A stretch of 64,000 bases of DNA from Chloropicon primus (lineage: Eukaryota). The notes under the pieces were generated by a model. It was not told where the DNA came from and did no database searches. It saw only the letters and a program-made list of their open reading frames with translations. The stretch spans positions 248,001 through 312,000 of the forward strand of contig CP060770.1 of NCBI GenBank assembly GCA_023205875.1, given 5' to 3'. A program made the translations under genes and the position numbers. Shown piece after piece: positions 20,622 through 30,815 of this stretch. Position 1 is the first letter of the stretch; the number at the start of each line of letters is the position of its first letter.

Positions 20622-22538
20622 ATGACGAAGAACAAAAGCAGCAGAAGCAGGCCTTCGAGTCGTAAGTCTTCCCGTGGACGTGTGACCGCAATGCCGAGCT
20701 CCTCGTCCATCGACGTGAAAGAGAAGCTTCACCAGACACATCTGAAGAAGATAGTCGTGCCGCTGGACGAGGAACACGAAGAGAGTTGCGACATGCTCAG
20801 GACGAACTGTTGCAACGCTTTCTTTCATTACCTTGCGGACAGAATCGAACAAGTGTACGATGTAACCGACAAGAATCGGGAAGCCACAGCCAACGCTTGT
20901 GGCATCAGTGACGGCAGTGCGAAGCCAAAGAAGTACAGAAAGGTTCGGACCAAGTTGAAGCTCCAGATCCCGATGACGTGCATGCGGAGGAATGGCGGCT
21001 TCTCGCTTTTGTACACGAACGAAACAAGCGGCTGCTTGGAACTCAAGATCTGCATGACAAGGAAGACGTTGCACAAGTGCTTTGCTTCGTTCGGCTGCCA
21101 CGATGGCAGGGCAGTGGCTGCCGTGGCAAAGCAGCAGGACACGAGGAACTCGAACACGAGCGCAGGAGTGCGCGTGGGAAACCTTGCATCGATCTTAGGC
21201 TTGCAGCAACCAACAGCAACAGCAGCAGCAGTGAGAAGTGACGAGGCCGGGGAAGGTGCTGGAAGTCAGGAATGTTTTGACTTTTCGTTTTGGACGAAAG
21301 AGTCCATCCTGCAGCAGTACGTTCCGTCCAAGGGACCAAGCAATACACTGTACCGGGTCTCGTGGCAACAATCCTCCTCCTCCTCGTGCACTCCCCGGCC
21401 CTCAAAAGTCTGGAAGCTCTCATCGCTCCTGCCGTCGGCACAGCACCCTCTGGTTGACGTCTACAGCGCCAAGAAGTGCAGTATTCAGGACGTGAGCGGG
21501 AAAAAGTTCGTACAAGGCGCCGTCGAGGTCACAGCAAGGTTTGCCAACAGCATCGAAGCGATCTCTTGCCGTGGACCCAAGCGCATCAAGGTGGTCGAGA
21601 TGGTGCTGGACTTGGTCCTGAGCGATGCCGAGGACTGGAACGTGATTCAGGTGAAGGCAATCAAGTGCGCCAGCATTACCAGCGCGTCGAGGAGGACCAC
21701 GGGGACTCCGAGCAAGTGCTTTGGTGATTATTGCGGGAGATTGAGCTTGAGAGAGAACCAATTCAGCGCAGCGGGGTACAAGCCCGCGTCCTCACCCCAT
21801 GGCAGGAAGAATGTAGTGACAGTGAGGCCCTTCATGCACAACAACAGCGTGAAGCCAGGATATGGGACCCTCTCGCTTGCTGCCAAGAAGAGCGGGGGCT
21901 TTGTCTTGTGCGAGGAAGAGAACGATCCGAACGACAAGGTCTACTTCAAGATTCCGTACAAGTTGATCCTGAACGACAGGTCGGGCGTGTACCGCGAGAG
22001 CGACAACACGGTGAAGTGGATGTACAAGAGCGAGGGCGAGGACAGGTTCGGGCGCTCGGAGTGGGAGACCTTCAAGAGCGGCGAGTCCACGCTTATCGAG
22101 GATGCTTTCCAGAAGGGGTGCAAATTCTTCAGACTTCGCGAGGGCGCCTCGATCTCCTTCGTGGAGGAGAAGATGGAGTGCCTTGGATCCCATCACAACA
22201 CTCCTCCTCCGTGCTCAAGGGATGCCGTGACGCACGACATTAAGAGGCACCCACCCTTCGTGACCCAGCAGTACATTCTGGATCGAAGCAAAGCGTCAAA
22301 GGAGAAGGCATCTGCCGTGGTCAAGAATAACGAGGGGGAGTTCTCGCCGAGCAAACCCAGATCGCCCCTCCGGTACGTTGACGGCAAGCCCTTCGTTCGA
22401 CACCTTGGCGTCTCCGTGGCAAGGCCCCCTGACCTGGAGAAGAAGAAGGTCTACGACATGGTCACCGTGTGCAGAGATTGTTACAGAATCTACTTGTGCA
22501 AGGAGCACATGAAGCTCCAAGGTATGCTGAGAGAATGA
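20622..22538 (+). CDS. Uncharacterised 638-aa protein; possible WWE-like segment and paired Cys motifs
   Basis: Long ORF with coding-like composition, convergent on RPN12. VKWMYK...WETFKSGESTLIEDAFQKG resembles WWE; also CFGDYC and VTVCRDCYRIY. Confidence 0.65.
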   Translation: MTKNKSSRSRPSSRKSSRGRVTAMPSSSSIDVKEKLHQTHLKKIVVPLDEEHEESCDMLRTNCCNAFFHYLADRIEQVYDVTDKNREATANACGISDGSAKPKKYRKVRTKLKLQIPMTCMRRNGGFSLLYTNETSGCLELKICMTRKTLHKCFASFGCHDGRAVAAVAKQQDTRNSNTSAGVRVGNLASILGLQQPTATAAAVRSDEAGEGAGSQECFDFSFWTKESILQQYVPSKGPSNTLYRVSWQQSSSSSCTPRPSKVWKLSSLLPSAQHPLVDVYSAKKCSIQDVSGKKFVQGAVEVTARFANSIEAISCRGPKRIKVVEMVLDLVLSDAEDWNVIQVKAIKCASITSASRRTTGTPSKCFGDYCGRLSLRENQFSAAGYKPASSPHGRKNVVTVRPFMHNNSVKPGYGTLSLAAKKSGGFVLCEEENDPNDKVYFKIPYKLILNDRSGVYRESDNTVKWMYKSEGEDRFGRSEWETFKSGESTLIEDAFQKGCKFFRLREGASISFVEEKMECLGSHHNTPPPCSRDAVTHDIKRHPPFVTQQYILDRSKASKEKASAVVKNNEGEFSPSKPRSPLRYVDGKPFVRHLGVSVARPPDLEKKKVYDMVTVCRDCYRIYLCKEHMKLQGMLRE

Positions 22539-22601
22539 CCCCGCCGCCGCCGCCGCTTGTTGCCCGACGGCGAGTGCAACCAACGATGAAAAAAACCTGT
22601 A

Positions 22602-23588
22602 TTATACAATTCTTTCAATCTCCTTGGCGTAGTACAAGGTGTTCTTAATCAATGCCATCGAGTCAAGCTCCACGCTCTCCGAGGCGGCCTCGTTCTTGAA
22701 CAGTATGCGGTCTCCTTCCACCTCCCAATCGCTCTCCTTGGCGTAGTCGAGAAGAGCCTGCTTTGTGTCGAAGCGCATGATCTTCTGCGCCTCCGCTATT
22801 GTCAAGGAGTTGTACGCCTCCTCGCTGCAAGCGCAGATCTCGTCCCTCACCGTCTCGATAAGCTTCTCCGCGAACGGCACGTACAACTGGCTCGGGCAGT
22901 CCTTGGACGAGTTCAAGATCTTGTTGTACGCTCCCTCCATGTGAGACTGCTCGAGCTGGATCACATACTTGATGTAAGGCGAACTGTTCTGCACGTGAGG
23001 AGGGATAGTCTCGAGCTCGGTGTGGAACTCCGCTATTCTGTTCTGCACCAAAAGCCTCAGCAAGTTCAACCCTCTCACCACGAGCTCCTGCTCCGATGGC
23101 GGCACCAGATCCTTCGTGTCCGTGTAGTACGTGTTCAGCTGCAAGAAGTTCCTCTCAAACGCTGCTTCATCTCTGAACTGCACGGAGCAAAGCACAGCTT
23201 GTTCGAGACACTCTCTGCCAAGAAGGATCTCCTCTTGAGCGGTAGCCGTCTTCTCAAAACGTGGAGGCAATCCGCGCAAGTTCGTCAAGTGAAGCTTGAT
23301 CTCCACAAGAGTCTCCTCGCACAAGGACGCCTTCCCTTTCGACGCCTCGGCCTTCGTATTCGTGACGAGAACAAAAGTATGAATGAGGTCAGTCCATCAA
23401 CGACACGGCACTAGATCACGCTCGAGGAAGGGAGGAAGATGGCCACGAAAGGGCGCGAGACTTGGCAGGATGGTAGATCGTGAGCATCTCCTTCGATTGA
23501 TGTGCGCCATGATCGGTTCGGGTACCTCCTTGTCTCTTACCTTGAGCTTCTCAAGAAGGCGCTTTCCTCTCTGCAAAACGTTCGCCAT
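22602..23588 (-). CDS. RPN12: 26S proteasome regulatory subunit RPN12/PSMD8, one intron (23352-23540)
   Basis: FERNFLQLNTYYTD, GLNLLRLLVQNRIAEFHTELE, LEQSHMEGAYNK, TVRDEI, YAKEIERIV*. A 16-codon first exon is joined by GTAAGA..AG. Confidence 0.96.
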
Positions 23589-23654
23589 CTCGTGAGTTCT
23601 CTCTGAATTTAAAAACTCGATCACCATCATCTCATCGTCGTCATCAGATCAGGG

Positions 23655-23938
23655 GGGAGGAGGAGGGGACCTGGCAACATGATGAGAAGATGGGCGACGA
23701 AGGAGGCAAGGGATGCCAAAGTGAAGAGTGATCAGGGATAGTACGTCTCACGGGCTTTCGGTGGATCGGTCATTCGACCTGTTTGGTGGCCTGAGTCGTT
23801 CACGAGAGCGTGATTACGAGGATACATCATCTGAGGAGGAGGAGGGGACCTGGCAATACGATGAGAAGATGGGCGACGAATGGGGCGAGGTATGCCAAAG
23901 TTAAGAGTGATCAGGGATAGTACGTCTCACGGGCTTTG
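23655..23938. repeat. Diverged direct duplication, period ~178 bp
   Basis: GGAGGAGGGGACCTGGCAA...GATGAGAAGATGGGCGACGAA...AAGAGTGATCAGGGATAGTACGTCTCACGGGCTTT occurs twice. Confidence 0.88.
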
Positions 23939-24106
23939 GTTGGATCCAAAGTCCGCCGAGTTTGACGCCCCGAGTCGTCTGGAAACTCCATAGCGAGGAG
24001 GAGAGGTGCAGCGGACTCCCCCAGCACCCGCGGTCGTCGCCAAGCGTACTACAGAGGCTGCGTCGGTGAGCTCAAAAGTGAGAGACATGATTACGATTCC
24101 GTGTTT

Positions 24107-25010
24107 TTACGTCTGCGACACTTGAAGCTTTTCGCACGTTTGTTCCAGGACAGAAATAAGGGATTCCTCCGTGGTGTCCCTCTCCTTCTTTTCCCCTTCA
24201 AGCTCCTTCTGCAGGTGCTCCGCAATGTCCGAAAGCATCCTCAAGATCGCCTCTTCGAGCTCCTCCCTCAAGTGCTTCTCTTCCAAGATTGCAGTCTTCA
24301 GTCTGTTTGTTACGTCTTGCCTCTTCCTCGCCACCCTCGCTTCCATACCATCCCGCTCGGACTGAAACAGGTTCAGGGAAAGAGCAAGCAAACGCGGTCA
24401 GCTCAGCTCCGAGGAGGCTGCAGACCCCAAGACACGCACGCACGCACGCAACCCCCTTACAGCAGGGGTCACTCACTCACTCACTCACCTTGAGACGGTT
24501 CAGTTTCTCTTGCAGCAAGGGAAGGTCCTTCTCGGCTACCGTGGCCATATCCCTCCTTGCTTCGTCCAGGAGACCCATCTCCTTGACGAATTCTGCCCTG
24601 AGAGACCCCGTGGCCTCGTCCAAGACCTTAGAGACGTAAGCCTCGCTCTCCTTGCGACTGATGGTGACTTCCTTTAGCTCGTGTGCCAAGTTCTGTTGCA
24701 AGGTCTTGATACCACCCAAGTATCGACTGAGGAGGGCCTCCCTCTCCTCCCTCTCCTCCCCTATCAGCTTCTCGATGCCGTACACCTCGGTCTGGACATC
24801 TCTGGACACTGCAGTCTCTTGCTGCCCAACCTCCACGATCCTCTCCTCGGCGTGCAACAGCTTTACCTCCAAAGCTTCTGTCCTCTTTTGACTATCCAAC
24901 TCCAAGTTCGCTTGCAGAGTCTCAAGCCTTTGGGACAGGGCCAGTATCCTCTGCCGATGAGGCTCTCGGTCAACCTCCTCGTAGGTGGACGAGTAGGACG
25001 GGGGCGTCAT
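24107..25010 (-). CDS. Coiled-coil protein, SF-assemblin/beta-giardin-like (flagellar rootlet), one intron (24362-24488)
   Basis: About 260 aa all-helical coiled coil ending EKKERDTTEESLISVLEQTCEKL, typical of striated-fibre-assemblin-like proteins. The GTGAGT..TTTCAG intron joins the two ORFs in frame. Confidence 0.65.
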
Positions 25011-25190
25011 GGTCGTGATGCACTTCCTTGGCCTCCTCACTGCTCACTGCTCACTGCTCTCTCTCTCTCTCTCTCTCTCTTTCTTAAAGTGTCCAAGTAG
25101 GTGCTGCTATGAGAACATTATTTCATCAACACCAACTGGACAAGTGGAGGGATGACGTGAGGAGGCGATGGATGGATGGCGATGGATGGG

Positions 25191-26435
25191 TCAATCGACA
25201 TCCATGACACCGAATGAGTCTATTTCCCTTTCCCCTACATCTTCCTCCTCTGTGGTCTCTTCTTCGTCGGAGTACGTGGAAGAGGCCACGTCACCGTAAT
25301 CATTTCCCCCCTCTCCCTCGTTCTTCTCGTCGTTGGGCAGCGCGAGGGCGTCCCTCCGAAGGCCCCAAAAGCATTCCAGCTGGGGTCCCCCTCCCTGTGA
25401 GCACCGGGTGAATCTCCAGCCCAAGTGGTTGCCACAGTGGTCGCAAACGGCGATGGTCCACGCGTAACCTGGAAACCACGAGTGTGCTGTCTCGGGGCCG
25501 CCTTGGAGATCGACTCCTTGCACCTCATGAATGGTCACGATATCGTGGAGCGCGCCGTGGTTGTTCACAAACACGCCCGTTGCGCCTTCCCTGTTCATTT
25601 TGAAGATGTCGCTGCTCGTCGCGACTCGCCTGTGGCACCAACAGCAATTGAGCTGCTTCCTTTCCAGCATCTGCGTCATCCATTTCATCTCCCTGAGGAG
25701 CCTCAGGCTGCAATGCCGAGCCTCGAGCAGTCTCTGCTGCTTGTTGGCGTTCAAGGGCAGCCTGGCAGCGACAAAGAAGGAGAACTGGACAGGGTCGTCC
25801 ATGAGTAGTGAAAGCTCCGCGTTCTCACCGCCGTGGTCCGGGAAGAGGTCTGCGTACAACCTCTCCACCTCTCTCAGCATTCGCCAAGCGTCGAACGGCC
25901 TGTAGAAATCCTTCGCCCAGAAGGACGAGGACTCGCGGACGTGGCGAGGAATTCTGTTCGGGGGCTCGTCCTCCAGTATGGTGACCCCGCACCTCAGAAG
26001 CCCCGACCGGTCTACCCGGATCATCGAATCCAAGGAGATGTCACGGATCTCGAACCTTTGGTGCGCTCTCACCAGTATCGAAGTGCCCCCTCCCCCGTCC
26101 TCGCCCCCCTCGGCGTTCACGTCCCCCACCTGCAAGAGCTCTACCGTGCAGCCCACCCGCGACGACAAGTTGAAGTGAAGCATGCCAAAAAGCCTCTTGT
26201 ACGGGTTGGGCGCGTTGAGAACCGATTCCATGAGCAAGCGCGCCCTGTCGGACGGCATTATCAGTGGACAGCACTCCCCTGGGAATATCACCGTCCTCTG
26301 CATGGGATAGATGGACAGCTCCGTCCTCGTTCCGGCTTGAAGGCACGAACCGTTTCCGCTCCCGGCGCCGTCCACGTCCCCCGTCTGACCCAAGTAAGCA
26401 TGCCGGTGGCTTGCCTCGCCCACCGAGGCCTCCAT
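25191..26435 (-). CDS. CRBN: Cereblon (LON-N plus CULT domain)
   Basis: H.YLG, VIFPGECCPL, QRF, LPL...LL, CxxC, FVNNHGALHDIVT, HSWFPGYAWTIAVCDHCGNHLGWRF, FWGL. The 5' end may have an upstream exon. Confidence 0.92.
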   Translation of the reverse strand: MEASVGEASHRHAYLGQTGDVDGAGSGNGSCLQAGTRTELSIYPMQRTVIFPGECCPLIMPSDRARLLMESVLNAPNPYKRLFGMLHFNLSSRVGCTVELLQVGDVNAEGGEDGGGGTSILVRAHQRFEIRDISLDSMIRVDRSGLLRCGVTILEDEPPNRIPRHVRESSSFWAKDFYRPFDAWRMLREVERLYADLFPDHGGENAELSLLMDDPVQFSFFVAARLPLNANKQQRLLEARHCSLRLLREMKWMTQMLERKQLNCCWCHRRVATSSDIFKMNREGATGVFVNNHGALHDIVTIHEVQGVDLQGGPETAHSWFPGYAWTIAVCDHCGNHLGWRFTRCSQGGGPQLECFWGLRRDALALPNDEKNEGEGGNDYGDVASSTYSDEEETTEEEDVGEREIDSFGVMDVD

Positions 26436-26546
26436 CGATGACCACGATCGAATCCCTTCCCCTCTCGACCTGTTCTCTCTCCTGAAAGGTCAACCAGGAG
26501 GACTACTGCCACGGGGCATGGCGCCTGTTGGACTGATGCTGGAGGG

Positions 26547-26880
26547 GATGATGTCAATGAAGTCGCCACCAGCGTCCCAAGTGGCGTCAAAATCGGGCAA
26601 ACGAGGTATCACTCGAAAGCATGGAGACCCACGATTGATATCTGTAACGTTCTCGGGCTCTCACCGCCGTTCCTTTCGTCCAGGGGCGTTACAAACCGAG
26701 TCCTGCACCAAACTTAGAGGTGTTGACGTTGATGAAGTCGCCACCAGCGCTCCAAATCGCGTCCAAATCGGGAAAACGAGGTATCAATCGAAAGCCAGGA
26801 AGATCACTCACCACCTTTAACGACTCAAATTGAGCTCTTACCACCGTTACTTCTGTTCAGGAGCGTTACAAACCCAGCCA
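26547..26880. repeat. Diverged direct duplication, period ~175 bp
   Basis: ATGAAGTCGCCACCAGCG...AAATCGGG.AAACGAGGTATCA.TCGAAAGC...GCGTTACAAACC begins at 26557 and 26732. Confidence 0.85.
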
Positions 26881-27359
26881 AAGGCTTCACTCCCTCTCTC
26901 TCCTCCTCCTCCTCCGGGTCTATCATCGAGTGTACCAAATCTGTACACTCCAACGGAGGTATCTATTATATAGTGTACCGTACACTACAAGTAAAATTCG
27001 TCGAGAGGCGGTACAATGAGTGTTAAGATCCCATATGATGTATGACGTCTTGTGAAGAATCTTCTGGCGGCGCTGAAAAACGCGTTTTCGTGTGGGTTCC
27101 TCTCTCTCACTGTGTTTGAGGCAGGACTCGCGCAGGGAGAGAGTGTTTATTGGCTTAGTTTCAGAACGAAGTCTTCCATCCATCACGTCGTGTGACCTAT
27201 CATTGGAAACTACGTTTCACGAGCTTTCGATTGAGTGGTCCCTTGCTCCATTACGTTATCATTGAAGTACCGTGATTGGCGTTTCAAGGTGTTGAGTCTC
27301 TTGGGCATCCCTTTTTTTGAGGAGGAGCGGATAGTTTCTGTTTCTTTTGTTCGTGCGTT

Positions 27360-27998
27360 ATGAGGGCACCGATGGGACGTTACGGCGGCGGAGGCGGCAG
27401 AGGTCGAGGTGGAGGAGGTTACGGTCGCGGAGGTGGAAGGGGTGGTCGTGGTGGGTACGGTGGACGCGGTGGATACGACCAGGGTCCACCTTCTCAAGTG
27501 ATTGAGGTTGGAACCTTTTCTCATGCTTGTGAGGGTGAAGCTGTGTGCAAGCTTACGATTAAGGACAAGGTGCCTTACTTCAATGGATATATATTTTTGG
27601 AGAACAAGACGCAGATTGGCAAGGTGGAAGAGATCTTTGGTCCCATCAACTCTGCTATGTTCACGATAAAGATGCAGGAAGGTGTGGTGGCGACGTCGTA
27701 CAAGGAGGGAGACAAGTTTTACATCAGTCCGGACAAGCTTTTGCCCCTGGATCGCTTCTTGCCCAAGCCAAAGGGATCGGGCGGTGGGTCCCGCGGAGGA
27801 AGAGGGGGAGGAAGAGGAGGAAGGGGAGGAAGAGGAGGTGGAAGAGGAGGAAGAGGGGGCTTCGGAGGTAGAGGAGGAAGGGGAGGCCGGGGAGGAGGGT
27901 TCAGTCCTCGCGGTGGGAGAGGAGGGTTCAGCCCTAGAGGCAGGGGCGGATTTGGTGGAAGGGGTGGGGGAAGAGGAGGAGGTGGTGGAAGGTGGTGA
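27360..27998 (+). CDS. GAR1: H/ACA snoRNP subunit GAR1
   Basis: RGG-rich termini around [18 protein letters not shown]...[27 protein letters not shown]...[10 protein letters not shown]. Confidence 0.97.
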   Translation: MRAPMGRYGGGGGRGRGGGGYGRGGGRGGRGGYGGRGGYDQGPPSQVIEVGTFSHACEGEAVCKLTIKDKVPYFNGYIFLENKTQIGKVEEIFGPINSAMFTIKMQEGVVATSYKEGDKFYISPDKLLPLDRFLPKPKGSGGGSRGGRGGGRGGRGGRGGGRGGRGGFGGRGGRGGRGGGFSPRGGRGGFSPRGRGGFGGRGGGRGGGGGRW

Positions 27999-28135
27999 AA
28001 AGGTGATCTCTTTCTCGGCAACTGTATTTCCTACGACGACGATTAATCCAACCAAGAAAAGATCCGAACGAAAACCTAAACTCTGTAAATCTACGCTAGA
28101 ACTGCTTTCTGAAAAAAATGTCGCCGTGTGGTGCC

Positions 28136-29767
28136 TCACAAGTTTTTCTCCAAGTGCTTGTCGATCCTCCCGAGCAGGAGGAGGGTGCTCGCGCTGGGCT
28201 TGAAGTTGAGCCTGGCGAGGCAGCGCAAGAACGTCGCGAGATCCTGGTTCTCCGCGTGGTCAAGCTTCTTGCTGAAGTACGTCACGATCTTGTCGATGTA
28301 GGCCTCGTCCACCCGGGTTTCCATGATGGAGAGGGAGTGTATGGTCGTCAAAAGCTCCGCGGAAGTCGTCTTGAACCGGTTTTCGTAGGACAGCTGGTGG
28401 TTCAGACACTTCTGCAGCGGAACCTTGTGCGGGCTGAATCCCATGTCCGCGGCGATGCCCAGCATCTCCGAAACCGCACCCGGCCCCCTCGTCAGCTTCA
28501 CCTTGTTCGCGAACACGCCGAAGACCTCCTCGATCACCTGGTACGCCAGCTTCCAGTGCAACTTCCTCACGGCTTGCAGCGTGGGCAGAAGCGACGAGTC
28601 CCTGATTTGGGACACTCTAAGGCTCCCCACAAGCTCCTCGATGCCGTCGTGGGTGTAAGGAAGGGAAAGGTTGGCGATGGCCATGAGCACCGTGGCCACG
28701 TGATCCCCCGATTGGCCTGCAGCCCCTCTCCCCCCCTTTCTCATGGAGGACAAGAACTCCTCCACCAGGTCCTCCACCGGCACTTTGTGCCCCAAATCAA
28801 ACGCGTCGATCGCGCTCACGACCCGGCTCAGGGTCTTTGACGCCGCCTTTGCCCTCAAGTCGAGAAACTGCACCAGGAGCCTCTCCACGTCCCCGGTGTC
28901 CAAGCTGACGCTTGCCCTGGAGGCGGTGTACAGCAAGTCCGCAATTCTCTGGGCCTGGAGCACGTGGTCCTGCTCCGATGATTCAAGGAGGGACATGTAC
29001 TCGCGGCAAAGGCTTTCGAGCATGGCGTCCGAAATTTCCCGCCGCATCCAGTCCGTGCTGTCGACGAGATCCCCGAGGCACCGGTGGCTGTACGCGTAGC
29101 GGGCCACGGCGCCCACGTGTTTCGGGTCCATCCTCCTCTCCTTGTCCGAGATGAAGCTGACCATGTAGGCCACGAAGGAGAGGTCCAACCGGCGGCTACC
29201 CCCCTCCTCGAGCTTGGCCACGAAGGAATCGATGTGCTCGAGCTGCCGAGAGCGCTGAAGATCCCTCCAAACCATGGTCTTGCGCAAAAAGTGCGCGTAA
29301 ACCTCCACCACCTCCGCCTTGCCCTGTTCGGAGGAGTTGTCGGAGGACTCCAAGGCGTGCTTCAACACCTCCCTCACGCACTTCTTGTCCTCCCTGTTCT
29401 GGGGAATCCACCCCACCCCACCGATCTCTTGAAGGCTCCTTGGCTTCGTGCTCAGGCTCTCGGGACACGAATCCGGCTTGAGGAGGTCCTCCACCGCCTC
29501 TTCCACGCGCTCCCTCCTTCTCGCGCCCTCGGTCGAGTCCCAACCTTCCTCCTCCCCCTCCCCTGGAGAGCCTCCCTTCCTCGCCAGCGCAAAGGATTTG
29601 GTCCACGAGGACGAGGACGACGCGAGGCCCCTCTGAGACCCCGGAAACCTGCGCAGGGGTGGGCGAAACGACGATGGAGGCCAAGCACCCCAGCCAGGAG
29701 CTCCGAGGCCAAGGCGAAGCACCAGGCCCAGAGGAAGCCTCAGCCTTGTTGACATCGCGATAATCAT
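28136..29767 (-). CDS. Uncharacterised 543-aa alpha-helical protein with organelle-targeting-like N-terminus (possible helical-repeat RNA-binding protein)
   Basis: Long ORF, Arg/Ser/Leu-rich N-terminus, repeated motifs like VATVLMAIANL, LLTTIHSLSIM and LATFLRCLARL. Family not firmly recognised. Confidence 0.6.
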   Translation of the reverse strand: MIIAMSTRLRLPLGLVLRLGLGAPGWGAWPPSSFRPPLRRFPGSQRGLASSSSSWTKSFALARKGGSPGEGEEEGWDSTEGARRRERVEEAVEDLLKPDSCPESLSTKPRSLQEIGGVGWIPQNREDKKCVREVLKHALESSDNSSEQGKAEVVEVYAHFLRKTMVWRDLQRSRQLEHIDSFVAKLEEGGSRRLDLSFVAYMVSFISDKERRMDPKHVGAVARYAYSHRCLGDLVDSTDWMRREISDAMLESLCREYMSLLESSEQDHVLQAQRIADLLYTASRASVSLDTGDVERLLVQFLDLRAKAASKTLSRVVSAIDAFDLGHKVPVEDLVEEFLSSMRKGGRGAAGQSGDHVATVLMAIANLSLPYTHDGIEELVGSLRVSQIRDSSLLPTLQAVRKLHWKLAYQVIEEVFGVFANKVKLTRGPGAVSEMLGIAADMGFSPHKVPLQKCLNHQLSYENRFKTTSAELLTTIHSLSIMETRVDEAYIDKIVTYFSKKLDHAENQDLATFLRCLARLNFKPSASTLLLLGRIDKHLEKNL

Positions 29768-30815
29768 GCCGTGCTTCGCTTCACCGGTGCGGTGACTTCA
29801 ATCGGAACACGGCACAAGAAGCAGAAAAACATTCCTCATGACGGTGACGAACTCAATCCCTTGCTCAAGCAACAACGCTGTCCATGGGAGTTGGTGACCT
29901 GATTGATGCTCCCTTGCGTAGTGTCTCGCCCCGCTAACCGATGCCAGCGTCTGTGGAACGGTCGTGAGACAATCTACCGCTTCAGAATGGGCCACTCTCC
30001 CGAGATGTCGAGAACCAAAAGAGATGCGACGCCAAACAAACTTTGTTGGAGATGATGCTGGTGCTGGTGCTGATTGACGATGTTCCTCAAGTATCGTCGC
30101 GAATCCGAGGCAAAACCCAAGCAATGCCGGGTGGAATCGAAAGACCGAGAGATGATCTACCACTTGATCGTGCTCTCTCTCCCTCTGCTGCGCTCCCCTT
30201 TCTTCCAGAGGCGCCCAAACCCAAGCCAATCGCCGCCTCGCTCGCAAGGCTCCAATGGTACACTCAGGAAACGCCTCCCTCGCTTCCCACCTTCAGATTT
30301 AAAAAACGTCTCCTGAAGAATATTGAGGTCTACATAACGATGTACCAAGATTTCCACAAAAGTTCAGATTACGAAACGTCTCGCGAAGAAATTGAGAAGA
30401 TTTCCGAATTGACCTTTGACCTGAAAATTGAAAATCCGTTGAGGGGGTTCACACCATCGAGGCCCGAGGCTGCCAAAGGGATCAGGTGAGTTGGCGCAGG
30501 TGTATCGAGCGAGCCAAGGCGTTCCCGAGCAAGTCACTCCCTTGATTCGAAAGTTCGCATCTTTGTCTTTCGTTTGACCCATCTTTGGGTCGATAGGGTC
30601 CCTTGGTTTGTTGTGACAAGTGTCCTTTATTGACTCTTTTCGTCTCGTGTGTTTGGTACCTTTGCCTCTTGGTAAGCGTGGTTCACCAGAGGCCCAGCCA
30701 GAGGAAGGGAGAGGGGACCGTGGATTCTCTGAAAGCCATTCGTTTGCTGATGGTTTCCATCGCCTTTTAGGGTTTTTTTCTTTATTGGCAGCAGTACCAG
30801 TCAGTGGACCCAACT

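Noticed and set aside
23655..23975. Pair of C/D box snoRNAs
   Set aside because: ATGATGA and CTGA occur in copy 1, but both are altered in copy 2 and no rRNA guide was recognised. Treated as a plain duplication.
30043..30489. 148-aa ORF between the helical protein gene and CFAP44
   Set aside because: Non-ATG start in the track and no recognisable motif. It could be an exon (GT donor near its end), but support is insufficient to call.
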